From Eubacteriales bacterium (lineage in GTDB: Bacteria > Bacillota > Clostridia > Oscillospirales > CAG-272), in NCBI GenBank assembly GCA_045580835.1, contig JAZNOM010000030.1, positions 17,162 to 81,161 of the forward strand: 64,000 nucleotides of DNA, given 5' to 3'. Positions within the stretch are counted from its first letter, which is position 1; each line of letters opens with the position of its first letter. Made by a program: the position numbers and the translations under genes. The notes under the pieces are model-generated. The model searched no databases, had not been told where the DNA came from, and saw only the letters and a program-made list of their open reading frames with translations. Positions 1 through 10,259 of this stretch are shown piece by piece.

Positions 1-759
1 GCCCGCGGTCTTGAGATTGGAACTGTTGCGGTAGCCAATAAAATGGTAAAGCAAAATGAAATCGTTGCTCCCCTTCGTTCGGTTATACGTATCGCTAATG
101 ATGCGGATTTAAAACACGCGCAAGAAAACAAACAAAAAGAAGCAGAAGCTTTTGAAATCTGTAAAACAAAAATCGCTGAACATAAACTCGACATGAATCT
201 GGTTGAGGCTGAATATACTTTTGATAACTCAAAGCTTTTGTTCTACTTCACATCGGACGGACGAGTTGATTTCAGAGAACTTGTTAAAGACCTTGCATCT
301 GTTTTCAGAACAAGAATTGAACTTCGACAGATTGGTATAAGAGACGAAGCAAAGCTTCTTGGTGGTCTCGGGGTGTGCGGCAGACCTTTTTGTTGCTCGT
401 CATTTCTTTCTGATTTCGTCCAGGTTTCAATTAAAATGGCAAAGGAGCAAAACTTTTCTCTCAACTCTGCAAAAATTTCTGGTGCTTGCGGTAGGCTAAT
501 GTGTTGCCTGCGCTATGAGCATGAAACTTACGAAGAAGCAATCAAAAAAACGCCTCCGCTTGGTTCTACCGTAAAAACCGCTAACGGAAACGGCGTTGTT
601 ATTGAAACAAATCCGCTTGCCGGACAGATTAAAGTAAGACTCGAAGATAAGCCTGAAAGCCCTAAAAGCTATTCTGTTTCTGATGTTACACTTTTGCATT
701 TAAAAAACCAAAAGAGTAATGATGAAGAGGAAACAACTGACGAGACTACTAAAAAATAA
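1..759 (+). CDS. ricT: PSP1/YaaT (RicT) family protein, 5' end cut by window edge
   Basis: The frame is open from base 1 (ARGLEIGTVAVANKMVKQNE...). The DGRVDFRELVKDLASVFRTRIELRQIG and CGRLMCCLRYE motifs match B. subtilis YaaT as I recall it. The ATG at 43 is internal. Confidence 0.85.
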   Translation, partial: ARGLEIGTVAVANKMVKQNEIVAPLRSVIRIANDADLKHAQENKQKEAEAFEICKTKIAEHKLDMNLVEAEYTFDNSKLLFYFTSDGRVDFRELVKDLASVFRTRIELRQIGIRDEAKLLGGLGVCGRPFCCSSFLSDFVQVSIKMAKEQNFSLNSAKISGACGRLMCCLRYEHETYEEAIKKTPPLGSTVKTANGNGVVIETNPLAGQIKVRLEDKPESPKSYSVSDVTLLHLKNQKSNDEEETTDETTKK

Positions 760-782
760 TTTTAATTTTTTCAGTTTAGCTA

Positions 783-810
783 TTGATTTTTTATAAAATT
801 GTGCTACAAT
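783..810 (+). promoter_or_regulatory. sigma-A type promoter for ferredoxin gene
   Basis: TTGATT (783-788), 16 nt spacer, TGc-TACAAT (805-810). Confidence 0.5.
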
Positions 811-842
811 TAAATCATCACTTTAATGGAGGTGTTACACAA

Positions 843-1013
843 ATGGCATACAAGATTTCTGATGAATGCATTGCTTGTGGTGCTTGCGAGGCAGAATGCC
901 CCATCGGCGCTATCAGCGAGCAGGATGGCAAGATGACTATCAATGCTGACGAGTGCATTGAGTGCGGCGCTTGTGCAGGTGCTTGCCCTGTAGGTGCGAT
1001 TGCTGCAGAGTAA
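843..1013 (+). CDS. 2x[4Fe-4S] clostridial-type ferredoxin (56 aa)
   Basis: Two CxxCxxCxxxCP motifs (CIACGACEAECP, CIECGACAGACP). ATG at 843 follows GGAGG. Confidence 0.9.
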   Translation: MAYKISDECIACGACEAECPIGAISEQDGKMTINADECIECGACAGACPVGAIAAE

Positions 1014-1036
1014 TTTAAACCAACAGAATACATAAC

Positions 1037-1076
1037 AAGAAGCGGATCCGATTTTATCGCATCCGCTTCTTGATTT
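1037..1076 (+). terminator. hairpin terminator after ferredoxin
   Basis: aagaagcggat...atccgcttctt stem. The T-tract is weak. Confidence 0.45.
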
Positions 1077-1089
1077 AAAAGGACAATAT

Positions 1090-1842
1090 ATGCTACATTC
1101 CGACGAACGCGTTGACCGCGTTAATGAAAATATATTACTTATTCAAAAGAAAGACGGGCTTACCTTTGGTACGGATGCTCTTCTCCTTGCGGCATTTGCC
1201 AAAACTTCGCCAAAATCGGTTGCAATTGATTTTGGGGCCGGCACCGGCATAATCTCTTTTCTGTGTGCTGCAAGAAACAAGTTTAAAAAAATTTTTGCAA
1301 TCGAAGCTCAACAGAGCTTTTATGATATTATAATTCGTAACATTGAAGTTAACAACTTGGGCGAAAAAGTTTTCGCTTTGTGCAAAGATGTACGCGAGCT
1401 TTCGTTTAAAGACCTCGGCTTTGAAGCTGACGTGATTTTTTCCAATCCGCCGTATATGCGTTGCGGTAGCGGAAAAGTTAACGATAATAATTTCAAAAGT
1501 ATTGCGCGGCATGAAATTCTAGGCGACATTGGTGATTTTTGCAGTGCTGCTGCAAAAAATCTCAAGCATGGCGGTATTTTCTACGCAGTATACCGCCCGG
1601 AGCGCATGACAGAGTTATTTTACGCTATGAGAGCGGCAAAAATTGAGCCTAAACGACTTTGCACCGTTCATCCTGACATTGATGCTCCACCTTCTTTAAT
1701 CCTCGTCGAGGGCAAAAAAGGCGCTTCACCCGAGATTAAAATTTCAAAACCGTTAATCATGTATACCGACGAGTCGCATCAGGTATATACCGAAGATTTT
1801 GCATATATTTATGATAACGGTTGCTTTAAGGATAATATTTAA
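1090..1842 (+). CDS. SAM-dependent N6-adenine methyltransferase, YabB / tRNA1(Val) m6A37 methyltransferase-like
   Basis: GxGxG SAM motif (DFGAGTGI) and NPPY catalytic motif. Its position between yaaT and rsmI matches Bacillus yabB. Confidence 0.75.
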   Translation: MLHSDERVDRVNENILLIQKKDGLTFGTDALLLAAFAKTSPKSVAIDFGAGTGIISFLCAARNKFKKIFAIEAQQSFYDIIIRNIEVNNLGEKVFALCKDVRELSFKDLGFEADVIFSNPPYMRCGSGKVNDNNFKSIARHEILGDIGDFCSAAAKNLKHGGIFYAVYRPERMTELFYAMRAAKIEPKRLCTVHPDIDAPPSLILVEGKKGASPEIKISKPLIMYTDESHQVYTEDFAYIYDNGCFKDNI

Positions 1843-1843
1843 A

Positions 1844-2716
1844 ATGGAAAACGAAGTTTTTTTTGATGAAAATAAAAATAAAACCAACGACGGAACTCTG
1901 TACCTCGTAACAACTCCTATTGGGAATTTAAGCGATATTACATATCGTGCGGTAAAGGTACTTCGCGAAGTCAGCTTCATTGCTGCCGAGGATACTCGAA
2001 ATACAAAGAAATTGTTAAGATATTTCGACATTTCTAAAGAGGTTGTCAGCTATTATGAGCATAACAAAGTCAGCAGTGGCAATGAGATTGTCTCAAGGCT
2101 TCTGTCGGGCGAATCCTGCGCTCTTGTGACCGATGCCGGCACACCTGCCATTAGCGACCCCGGAGAAGATTTAGTGCGTCTATGCGCTGAAAATAATGTT
2201 CCTGTAACGGCAGCACCCGGCGTCAGTGCCGCAATCACTGCGCTAACTCTGTCTGCGCTTGATACGCGTAAGTTTGTTTTTGAAGGCTTTTTGCCCGTTC
2301 AAAAAAGCGAGCGTAAGGAGCGTCTGGATTATATCAAGAGTGAAACCAGAACTTTGATTCTGTATGAGGCACCGCACAAACTTTGCAAAACACTTAATGA
2401 TTTGTATGCCACCTTGGGAGAACGCAAGATTTCTCTTTGCCGCGAACTTACAAAGCTCAATGAAGAAGTAATGCGCACTTCCCTTTCTGCCGCTATCAAG
2501 CACTATGAAACTAATGAGCCGAGAGGCGAATATGTTTTAATAATTGAAGGTTGTTTCGATAGTGTTATTCGAAATAATTTTTGGAATAACATGACTATAT
2601 CTGAACATGTAGATTATTACATTTCGAGCGGCATGGTAAAAAATGATGCAATAAAAGCCGCAGCAAAAGACCGTGGCGTACCCAAAAATGTTGTTTACAA
2701 TGAATATGTAAAATAA
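1844..2716 (+). CDS. rsmI: 16S rRNA (cytidine1402-2'-O)-methyltransferase
   Basis: GTLYLVTTPIGNL...AEDTR...DAGTPAISDPG motifs typical of RsmI/YabC. Start taken at ATG 1844 (MENEVFF). Confidence 0.9.
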   Translation: MENEVFFDENKNKTNDGTLYLVTTPIGNLSDITYRAVKVLREVSFIAAEDTRNTKKLLRYFDISKEVVSYYEHNKVSSGNEIVSRLLSGESCALVTDAGTPAISDPGEDLVRLCAENNVPVTAAPGVSAAITALTLSALDTRKFVFEGFLPVQKSERKERLDYIKSETRTLILYEAPHKLCKTLNDLYATLGERKISLCRELTKLNEEVMRTSLSAAIKHYETNEPRGEYVLIIEGCFDSVIRNNFWNNMTISEHVDYYISSGMVKNDAIKAAAKDRGVPKNVVYNEYVK

Positions 2717-2745
2717 AAAGGACTCGAAAGAGTCCTTTTTATTTT
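2715..2745. terminator. bidirectional intrinsic terminator
   Basis: aaaaaggactc-gaaa-gagtccttttt between convergent genes. Confidence 0.8.
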
Positions 2746-4138
2746 ACTTTTCAAGGAGTTTTCTGCCCATGAGAACACCCATCACGCTACTCATCATAAG
2801 TCCGCGTGTCCAACCGGAACTGTCACCAAGGCAATGCAATCCCTTGATATTGGTATCAAGATTTTCGTCCATTTTTACCTTGTTAGAATAAAACTTCAGC
2901 TCCGGACTGTAAAGCAAGGTTTCAGTACTTGCAAACCCGGGAACAACTATATCAAGCATTTTAATAAATTCAATTATGTTAGTCATTGCACGGTAAGGCA
3001 TTGCTGCTGTTATGTCACCTGGTACTGCATCTTTCAGCGTAGGCTTAACGTTGCTAAATGAAAGTTCTTTTGCCCAAGTACGCTTACCGTCAAGAATATC
3101 ACCATAGCGCTGAACAAGAATATGTCCGGAAGCAAGCATATTGGTTAGTTCGCCAACCTTTTGAGCATAAGCGATGGGCTGATTAAAAGGCTCGGTAAAA
3201 TTGTGGCTGACTAGAATTGCAAGATTTGTGTTATTACTCTTCTTATCCTTGTAACTATGGCCGTTTACAACAGCAAGATCATTGTCATAGTTCTCTTGTG
3301 CTACAAATCCGCCGGGGTTTTGACAGAAGGTTCTGACCTTATTCTTCCAAGGTTTTGGATGACCGATAAGCTTGCTTTCATAAAGTACGCGGTTGACCTT
3401 TTCCATAACCTCGTTGCGGCATTCAACTCTTACGCCTATGTCAACAGTTCCGGGAGCATGCGCAATGCCGTGAGTTTCGCAAATGCTTTCAAGCCAATCC
3501 GCTCCGCGTCTGCCGGTGGCAATTACAATCTCATCAGCGTAATATTCTACGGATTTTCCGCCTTCTGAAAGAATAACACCTTTACAAGTATTATCTTCTA
3601 TAATAATGTTCTCACATTCGGTCATGAACTTCATTTCAACACCGTGTGCCAGAAGCCAATTCTGGATATCAAGGTATAGCTGTTGTGCTTTTTCAGTACC
3701 TAAATGACGTATCGGGCAGTCAACAAGCTTGAGATTTGCCTTGATTGCGTTCTTGCGAATCTCTTTAATCTCTTCGTTGTCACTTATACCCTCAACATGG
3801 GGGTCAGCGCCGAATTCCAGATAAATCTTATCGGTATAATTAATCAATTCCTGCGCAAGGTCAACACCGATAAGGTCCGGCAAGTCACCGCCTACTTCAT
3901 AAGAAAGACTTAATTTACCATCCGAAAAAGCGCCTGCTCCGGAAAAACCGGTAGTAATCGCGCAGCTTGGCTTGCAGTTTACGCATTTTCCAAGTTCTGC
4001 TTTGGGACAATGGCGTTTTTCAACAGGTTTGCCTTTTTCGATAAGCAATATCTTATCTTTACTGCCGTTGCGCAAAAGTTCCAGCGCGGTAAAAATACCG
4101 GCAGGACCTGCGCCAACGATAATTACATCATAGCTCAT
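2744..4138 (-). CDS. FAD-dependent oxidoreductase (COG2509-like)
   Basis: N-terminal DVIIVGAGPAGIF Rossmann motif and the length are consistent with the uncharacterised FAD-dependent dehydrogenase family. Confidence 0.7.
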   Translation of the reverse strand: MSYDVIIVGAGPAGIFTALELLRNGSKDKILLIEKGKPVEKRHCPKAELGKCVNCKPSCAITTGFSGAGAFSDGKLSLSYEVGGDLPDLIGVDLAQELINYTDKIYLEFGADPHVEGISDNEEIKEIRKNAIKANLKLVDCPIRHLGTEKAQQLYLDIQNWLLAHGVEMKFMTECENIIIEDNTCKGVILSEGGKSVEYYADEIVIATGRRGADWLESICETHGIAHAPGTVDIGVRVECRNEVMEKVNRVLYESKLIGHPKPWKNKVRTFCQNPGGFVAQENYDNDLAVVNGHSYKDKKSNNTNLAILVSHNFTEPFNQPIAYAQKVGELTNMLASGHILVQRYGDILDGKRTWAKELSFSNVKPTLKDAVPGDITAAMPYRAMTNIIEFIKMLDIVVPGFASTETLLYSPELKFYSNKVKMDENLDTNIKGLHCLGDSSGWTRGLMMSSVMGVLMGRKLLEK

Positions 4139-4156
4139 AATCCAACCTCCTTGATT

Positions 4157-5293
4157 TTAATTATCAGTGCGTTTGTCGAGAACAACTCTGTATTTTTCAT
4201 AAAAGCTTTCAAAATATCCGCCGTCAAGTGCATCGCGAATCTTTTGCATAAGCTCGTTATAGAAATAGAGATTGTGAAGTACGCAAAGACGCATACCAAG
4301 AAGTTCACGAGCCTTAAATAGATGGCGAATATATGCACGACTGTAATCGCGGCATGCAGGACAGTTGCATCCCTCGTCAATCGGGCGAGCATCTTCAAGA
4401 AAACGCTCGTTATTAATGTTCATTTTACCGTGCCATGTGAACAGATTACCGTGTCTCGCATTACGGCTTGGCATTACACAGTCAAAGAAATCTACACCGC
4501 GATGAACCGCCTCAAGGATGTTAACAGGAGTACCAACGCCCATAAGATAGCGTGGCTTGTTAACCGGCATATAAGGCTCAACAGCATCAATGATTCGGTA
4601 CATTTCAGAAGCTTCTTCGCCTACTGCAAGGCCACCGATTGCATATCCGTCAAGGTCAAGCTTTGCTATTTCCTTCATGTTTTCTATACGCAAGTCGGCA
4701 TAAGTGCTGCCCTGATTAATTCCAAAAAGCATCTGCTTTTTATTGATAGTATCAGGAAGCGAGTTAAGTCTGTCCATCTCTGCTTTACATCTGTAAAGCC
4801 AACGGATAGTGCGCTCACTGGACATTTTTGCGTATTTATATGTCGCAGGATTTTCTACACATTCATCAAATGCCATTGCAATTGTAGAAGCGAGATGAGA
4901 TTGAATTTGCATGCTTTCTTCAGGACCCATGAAAATCTTTTTTCCGTCCATGTGCGATGCAAAATATACGCCTTCTTCTTTGATTCTTCTTAACTTTGCA
5001 AGCGAGAAAACCTGAAATCCACCACTATCGGTAAGAACCGGCTTGTCCCAATTGAAAAACTTGTGGATACCGCCAAGCTTGTAAATTAATTCATCACCCG
5101 GACGAATATGCAAGTGATATGTGTTGGATAGTTCAACTTGACAGTTGATTCCTTTAAGGTCGGTAGTTGAAATGCCACCTTTTACAGCTGCACTTGTACC
5201 AACGTTCATAAATACCGGGGTTTGAATTGTGCCGTGAACGGTATCAAATTCTCCACGTCTTGCTCTTCCTTCAGTTTTAATTAACTTAAACAT
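4157..5293 (-). CDS. tgt: queuine tRNA-ribosyltransferase
   Basis: RRGEFDTVHGTIQTPVFMNVGT, TDSGGFQV and the CxCxxC zinc site (CNCPACRDY). Confidence 0.95.
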   Translation of the reverse strand: MFKLIKTEGRARRGEFDTVHGTIQTPVFMNVGTSAAVKGGISTTDLKGINCQVELSNTYHLHIRPGDELIYKLGGIHKFFNWDKPVLTDSGGFQVFSLAKLRRIKEEGVYFASHMDGKKIFMGPEESMQIQSHLASTIAMAFDECVENPATYKYAKMSSERTIRWLYRCKAEMDRLNSLPDTINKKQMLFGINQGSTYADLRIENMKEIAKLDLDGYAIGGLAVGEEASEMYRIIDAVEPYMPVNKPRYLMGVGTPVNILEAVHRGVDFFDCVMPSRNARHGNLFTWHGKMNINNERFLEDARPIDEGCNCPACRDYSRAYIRHLFKARELLGMRLCVLHNLYFYNELMQKIRDALDGGYFESFYEKYRVVLDKRTDN

Positions 5294-5310
5294 ATTTATT
5301 CCTTTAATAA

Positions 5311-7194
5311 TTATTCTCTTCCAAATTGTCTGTCAAGCTCATGCTTTGTAAGGTTGATTACTACCGGTCTGCCATGCGGACAAACTGTAATATCAGGTAT
5401 GGTTAAAATTTTCTCAACTACAAACCTGACATCGCTTTCACTATCATGTCTGCCGCCTTTCATTGCAGCCTTACATGAAGCTTGATATAAAGCCTTTTCA
5501 TAAGCATCCTGCTTGGTGATGTCAATATTTCCTGTGCCGTCTGCAAGCCTGTCCGCGATAGTTGCAAAAACATCCTCAACATCAGTAATTTTAAGTGCAG
5601 ACGGGATTTGAGTGATTTTAATTTGTCTTTGAGATTGCTCAGTTTCAAAGTCGAAACCAATCTCTTTAAAACTGTCAACATATTCCAGCACCGCATTAAA
5701 ATCACTTTGTGAAAGCCCAACAGTGATAGGCACAAGCAGAATCTGCGGCATTACATTCGCTTCTTTAAGTTTTCCGCGCAAAGACTCAAATAAAATGCGC
5801 TCATGTGCAGCATGTTTATCGATTATAACAACTTTACCTTCTGTTTCAACAAAAACATAAGTATTAAACGCAACGCCGATAATCCTATATTCAGGAACTG
5901 TTGCCTCCGTATTGTGCGGAGCAATCGGTATGTTTACCTCAATTGCTTCAACATTGGGTGCAAATTTAGGAGGTTTGACGTCAGGGATGGCATCCCTTTC
6001 CGGAATGTTAAGTTCTTTACGTGTCTGCTCACGGAATTTATGCGAAACGTCTGAATAAAACGGAAGAACGCCAATAGAATCCATTTTAAGCTGTTCGGGA
6101 GTAATAGCGGCACGCTCGGATCTGTCTACCACCGGAGTAAACGCATTTAGTACAGAGCGTGAAGTTGAAACCGACGGGCTGCTTAAAACCAAATCCGGCC
6201 GGTCGGTATTTTTTTCAATTGTATTACGCACCGCGTAATATACGGTGTCAAAAATCAGTTTTTCGTTTGAAAACTTAACTTCAAGCTTTGCAGGATGAAC
6301 ATTTACATCCACTGCGCTTGGGTCTATGTCAATAAAAAGCACACAGGATGGGAATTTTTCAGGCGCGATATATGATGAATATGCCTGCTCAAGCGCAGCC
6401 ATTGCAGTACGGCTTTTTACATATCTGTGGTTGATAAAGAAATTTTGAAAATTTCTGGTGGGCTTTACATTTTCAGAAGTACCGATAAAACCGTAAACAT
6501 CAACGCCTTCGCCGTGACATTTTACCGGCAACAATCTTTTTGCAAAATCTTTGCCGAGGATTGAAAAAATAGCATGCTCAAGCTTTCCGTCCCCTGCACT
6601 TTCTAGCTTTATGTTTCCATCAGAAATAAGTTTAAAAGCAATTTCAGGGTGTGAAAGGGCAACCTTTTCGACCGAAGCGCATACAGCAGCAGCCTCTGTC
6701 GAATCCTTTTTTAAAAACTTGCGTCTTGCGGGTACGTTGGCGAAAATCTCTTCAACCGTAATTGTGGTGCCTTTAGGACAACCGGCATCGCTAACCTCTA
6801 AAATTTCGCCGCCATCTGCGTACAACATAGTGCCGTTGGGTGCGGACTCGGTTTTGGAAATAATACGCACTTTGGAAACGGAAGAAATCGCCGCAAGTGC
6901 TTCCCCTCTGAAACCAAGTGTGAAAATAGCGTTAAGGTCTGCCGCCTTTGAAATCTTACTTGTAGCATGGCGCTTTAAGGCAAGCGGCATATCCTCGGGA
7001 GCGATGCCGCTGCCATTATCCGAAACTCGGATATATGAAACACCGCCGTTTTTGATTTCGACAGTGATTTGAGTAGCGTGTGCGTCGATAGAGTTTTCAA
7101 TTAATTCTTTTACAACAGATGCAGGACGGTCAACAACCTCACCGGCTGCTATCAGATTTGCAACATGAGAATCAAGCACATTAATCTTTCCCAT
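5311..7194 (-). CDS. mutL: DNA mismatch repair protein MutL
   Basis: IAAGEVVDRPASVVKELIENSIDA GHKL ATPase motif and C-terminal CPHGRP. Confidence 0.95.
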   Translation of the reverse strand: MGKINVLDSHVANLIAAGEVVDRPASVVKELIENSIDAHATQITVEIKNGGVSYIRVSDNGSGIAPEDMPLALKRHATSKISKAADLNAIFTLGFRGEALAAISSVSKVRIISKTESAPNGTMLYADGGEILEVSDAGCPKGTTITVEEIFANVPARRKFLKKDSTEAAAVCASVEKVALSHPEIAFKLISDGNIKLESAGDGKLEHAIFSILGKDFAKRLLPVKCHGEGVDVYGFIGTSENVKPTRNFQNFFINHRYVKSRTAMAALEQAYSSYIAPEKFPSCVLFIDIDPSAVDVNVHPAKLEVKFSNEKLIFDTVYYAVRNTIEKNTDRPDLVLSSPSVSTSRSVLNAFTPVVDRSERAAITPEQLKMDSIGVLPFYSDVSHKFREQTRKELNIPERDAIPDVKPPKFAPNVEAIEVNIPIAPHNTEATVPEYRIIGVAFNTYVFVETEGKVVIIDKHAAHERILFESLRGKLKEANVMPQILLVPITVGLSQSDFNAVLEYVDSFKEIGFDFETEQSQRQIKITQIPSALKITDVEDVFATIADRLADGTGNIDITKQDAYEKALYQASCKAAMKGGRHDSESDVRFVVEKILTIPDITVCPHGRPVVINLTKHELDRQFGRE

Positions 7195-7210
7195 CAGCGC
7201 ACACCACCTT

Positions 7211-9805
7211 TCATTTTAGTGTCTTTTTTAGTTCGTAAACTAAGTTCATAGCCTCAATAGGCGTAAGCGTGTTTATGTCAATGGCACGGAGTTTATCCGC
7301 CACTTCTTTTTCTTCGCTTGCCGAAAGCATGGAAATCATGTCAAAACTTTCGTCAGCCACAGTAGTAGCAATAGGCTTTGAAACAACTGTTTCGCCGCTT
7401 TCAATCCCCTTGAGAATCTCTTTTGCACGGCGGATAACTTCGCCGGGTACACCCGCTAGCTTTGCAACCTCAATACCATAGCTGTCATCTGCCGCACCGC
7501 GAACAATTTTGCGCAAGAAAGTAATATCATCACCGCGCTTTTTTGCAGCAATGTTGTAGTTCACTACACCTTCAAACTCGTTTTCAAGTACTGTCAGTTC
7601 ATGATAATGCGTTGCAAACAGCGTTTTTGCACCGATTTTTTTGCCAAGCGTGTATTCGGCAACGGCGCGAGCAATACTCATACCGTCATATGTGCTTGTA
7701 CCGCGACCGATTTCATCATAAACAATCAAGCTGTGCTTTGTGGCATTGCGAAGAATGTATGCAACTTCGTTCATTTCAAGCATAAACGTAGACTGTCCGG
7801 AAGCAAGGTCATCAGATGCACCAACGCGCGTAAAAAGCTTATCGACGATTGAAATTACAGCACTGTCGGCAGGTACAAACGAACCAACCTGCGCCATAAG
7901 TGTTATCAAAGCCACTTGACGCATATAGGTAGATTTACCAGCCATATTGGGACCTGTAATAAGCAAAAGTCTGTTTCTGTCGGTGTCAAGCAAAGTATCG
8001 TTAGGGATGAAATATGAGTCAGATATAAACTTTTCTACAACCGGGTGACGGCCGTTTTTAATGTCAATTCTGCCGTCAATAGCAAGTTCGGGACAAACAT
8101 AGCGATTCTTTGCCGCAACAGTTGCAAGACTGATATAAACATCAAGTTTTGCGAGCATAGAAGCACTTTGCTGGATACGCGCCGAATTCTCTGCAAGATA
8201 TTCGCGTATCTGTTGAAAAATACTGTATTCCATTGCAGCAAGCTTGTCATTCGCACCGAGAATCGTCGCTTCAAATTCCTTTAACTCTTGGGTAATATAC
8301 CTTTCACAGTTGGTAAGTGTCTGCTTTCTGATATAGTGTTCGGGCACGAATTCAAGCTGCGACTTTGTTACTTCGATATAATAACCAAAAACTCGGTTAT
8401 AGCTCACTTTTAAATTCTTTATTCCGGTCGCTTCACGCTCTTTTGATTCAAAGTTTTCGACATATTCTTTGCCGCCGTCACGGATAGAACGCAATTTGTC
8501 AATTTCTTCGTTATATCCGCTTTTGATAATGCCGCCTTCGCGTATTGTAAGCGGCGCTTCAGGGTTAATTGCCTCGAAAAGCAGCGCACGGATATCATTT
8601 AAATCATCCATACCGCGATAAATCTCGACAAACTCTTCTCCATCAAGCGATGACATAAGCTTTTTAACTTCCGGAATAACAGATATACTTCCTAAAATTG
8701 CAAGCATGTCACGCGCATTTGCAGAGCCGTACGCGATTTTTGCCATTAGGCGCTCAAGGTCAAGCACTCCGCTTAAAATATCGTGCAATTCCTCGCGCGT
8801 CATATACTCACTATGTAAAGCACCAACTGCGCTTTGACGGCGCATAATCTCGGGAATTGAACGGAGAGGGTGCAACAGCCATGAGCGCAGCATTCTTGCG
8901 CCCATTGCGGTTTTTGTCTTGTCAAGTACCCATAAAAGTGAGCCTTTTTTCTCTTTGGTACGCATTGACTCTGTTATTTCAAGATTACGGTGCGTACTTA
9001 CATCAAATTCAAGATATTGCGAATCGCTGTAAACATTAAGCTCATTTACAAAAGAAATATCCGTTTTTTGTGTTTCTTTTATGTAACCGATAAGTGCAGC
9101 AATTGCCTTATTTGACGTGATACCGAGTTTTTCTGTATCGTAATCGGGAAACTGACGTTTTACAACCTCTGCTGCATCCATGATTTCAAATCTAAAGCTT
9201 TGGTCATAGCTTGCAAGCGATTGCATGCGTTCGGAAATAAAGGAGTCAAGCGACTTATCATAACCTGAAGATGTATTAATCAAAATCTCACTCGGAGAAT
9301 AGGAAGAAAGTTCATTTATAAGACGCTTTGTTTTTCCGTCACCCAAGCACTCGGTAGAATATACACATCCGGTCGAAATATCCGCAAAGCCAATTGCATA
9401 AATATCTCCTGAAAGATAGACAGAGCAAAGAAAGTTATTCTTCTGGTCGGAAAGCAAGGAACTCTCTGTTACAGTACCCGGGGTAACTATCTTCACTACT
9501 TCCCTTTTTACTAGCCCCTTGGCGAGCGCAGGGTCTTCTGTTTGCTCACAAACGGCAACCTTGTAGCCTTTTTCAACGAGTCTGCCTATGTAAACATCGG
9601 ACTTATGGAACGGTACGCCGCACATTGGCGCACGTTCCTCCATACCGCAATCTCTTCCTGTAAGAGTAAGCTCAAGTTCTTGTGACGCGGTTAATGCATC
9701 ATCAAAGAACATCTCGTAAAAGTCTCCGAGACGGTACATGAGAATATAGTCTTTGTAATTGTTTTTTACTTCAAAATATTGAAGCATCATAGGAGTATAT
9801 CCCAT
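7211..9805 (-). CDS. mutS: DNA mismatch repair protein MutS
   Basis: TPMMLQYFEVK N-terminus, Walker A GPNMAGKST and STFMLEM motif. Confidence 0.95.
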   Translation of the reverse strand: MGYTPMMLQYFEVKNNYKDYILMYRLGDFYEMFFDDALTASQELELTLTGRDCGMEERAPMCGVPFHKSDVYIGRLVEKGYKVAVCEQTEDPALAKGLVKREVVKIVTPGTVTESSLLSDQKNNFLCSVYLSGDIYAIGFADISTGCVYSTECLGDGKTKRLINELSSYSPSEILINTSSGYDKSLDSFISERMQSLASYDQSFRFEIMDAAEVVKRQFPDYDTEKLGITSNKAIAALIGYIKETQKTDISFVNELNVYSDSQYLEFDVSTHRNLEITESMRTKEKKGSLLWVLDKTKTAMGARMLRSWLLHPLRSIPEIMRRQSAVGALHSEYMTREELHDILSGVLDLERLMAKIAYGSANARDMLAILGSISVIPEVKKLMSSLDGEEFVEIYRGMDDLNDIRALLFEAINPEAPLTIREGGIIKSGYNEEIDKLRSIRDGGKEYVENFESKEREATGIKNLKVSYNRVFGYYIEVTKSQLEFVPEHYIRKQTLTNCERYITQELKEFEATILGANDKLAAMEYSIFQQIREYLAENSARIQQSASMLAKLDVYISLATVAAKNRYVCPELAIDGRIDIKNGRHPVVEKFISDSYFIPNDTLLDTDRNRLLLITGPNMAGKSTYMRQVALITLMAQVGSFVPADSAVISIVDKLFTRVGASDDLASGQSTFMLEMNEVAYILRNATKHSLIVYDEIGRGTSTYDGMSIARAVAEYTLGKKIGAKTLFATHYHELTVLENEFEGVVNYNIAAKKRGDDITFLRKIVRGAADDSYGIEVAKLAGVPGEVIRRAKEILKGIESGETVVSKPIATTVADESFDMISMLSASEEKEVADKLRAIDINTLTPIEAMNLVYELKKTLK

Positions 9806-9834
9806 AATATCACCTCGGTTAAACTTAATTTAAA

Positions 9835-10233
9835 TTAGTGGCAACCAGCGCAGGAAGAACAGTTACCGGAGCATGCACTGGCGCTGGGACGCTCACCGGT
9901 AACCTCAAAGTTAATCTCATCGTTTACAAGATTCATAAGTTCACCAACGCCCTCCTGTGCAGCCATATACTGCTGATATACGGGATTGCCGATAATTTCG
10001 TTGTAAAGCTCGCCAATGCGCTTTTTAATAGAAGTCATAAGTGCTTCGTCATGTTCTGTCTTTTTATACTCTTCGGCGAAAGCTTTGTTATGAGCGTTGT
10101 ACTCGGTAATGCAAGCCTGAACGGTCTTGTCGGTTTCGTATGCTTCTTTTGCCGCATTTGCAGCCTTAACCTCATCGCTCGCAGCGATAAGTTTACCAAG
10201 TTCTTTAGCAAGTTTCAAAATTTCAGTTGTCAT
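9835..10233 (-). CDS. YlbF/YmcA (RicA/RicF) family regulator with Cys-rich C-terminal tail
   Basis: Helical 132 aa protein between miaB and mutS, the position of ymcA in B. subtilis. It ends in CSGNCSSCAGCH. Confidence 0.65.
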   Translation of the reverse strand: MTTEILKLAKELGKLIAASDEVKAANAAKEAYETDKTVQACITEYNAHNKAFAEEYKKTEHDEALMTSIKKRIGELYNEIIGNPVYQQYMAAQEGVGELMNLVNDEINFEVTGERPSASACSGNCSSCAGCH

Positions 10234-10259
10234 TTTTTTATACCTCTTTTAATAATTAA

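Noticed and set aside
4322-7072. Plus-strand ORFs of 223 aa (4322-4993) and 173 aa (6551-7072) antisense to tgt and mutL
   Set aside because: They lie completely inside well-supported minus-strand genes, with no motif content and no RBS.
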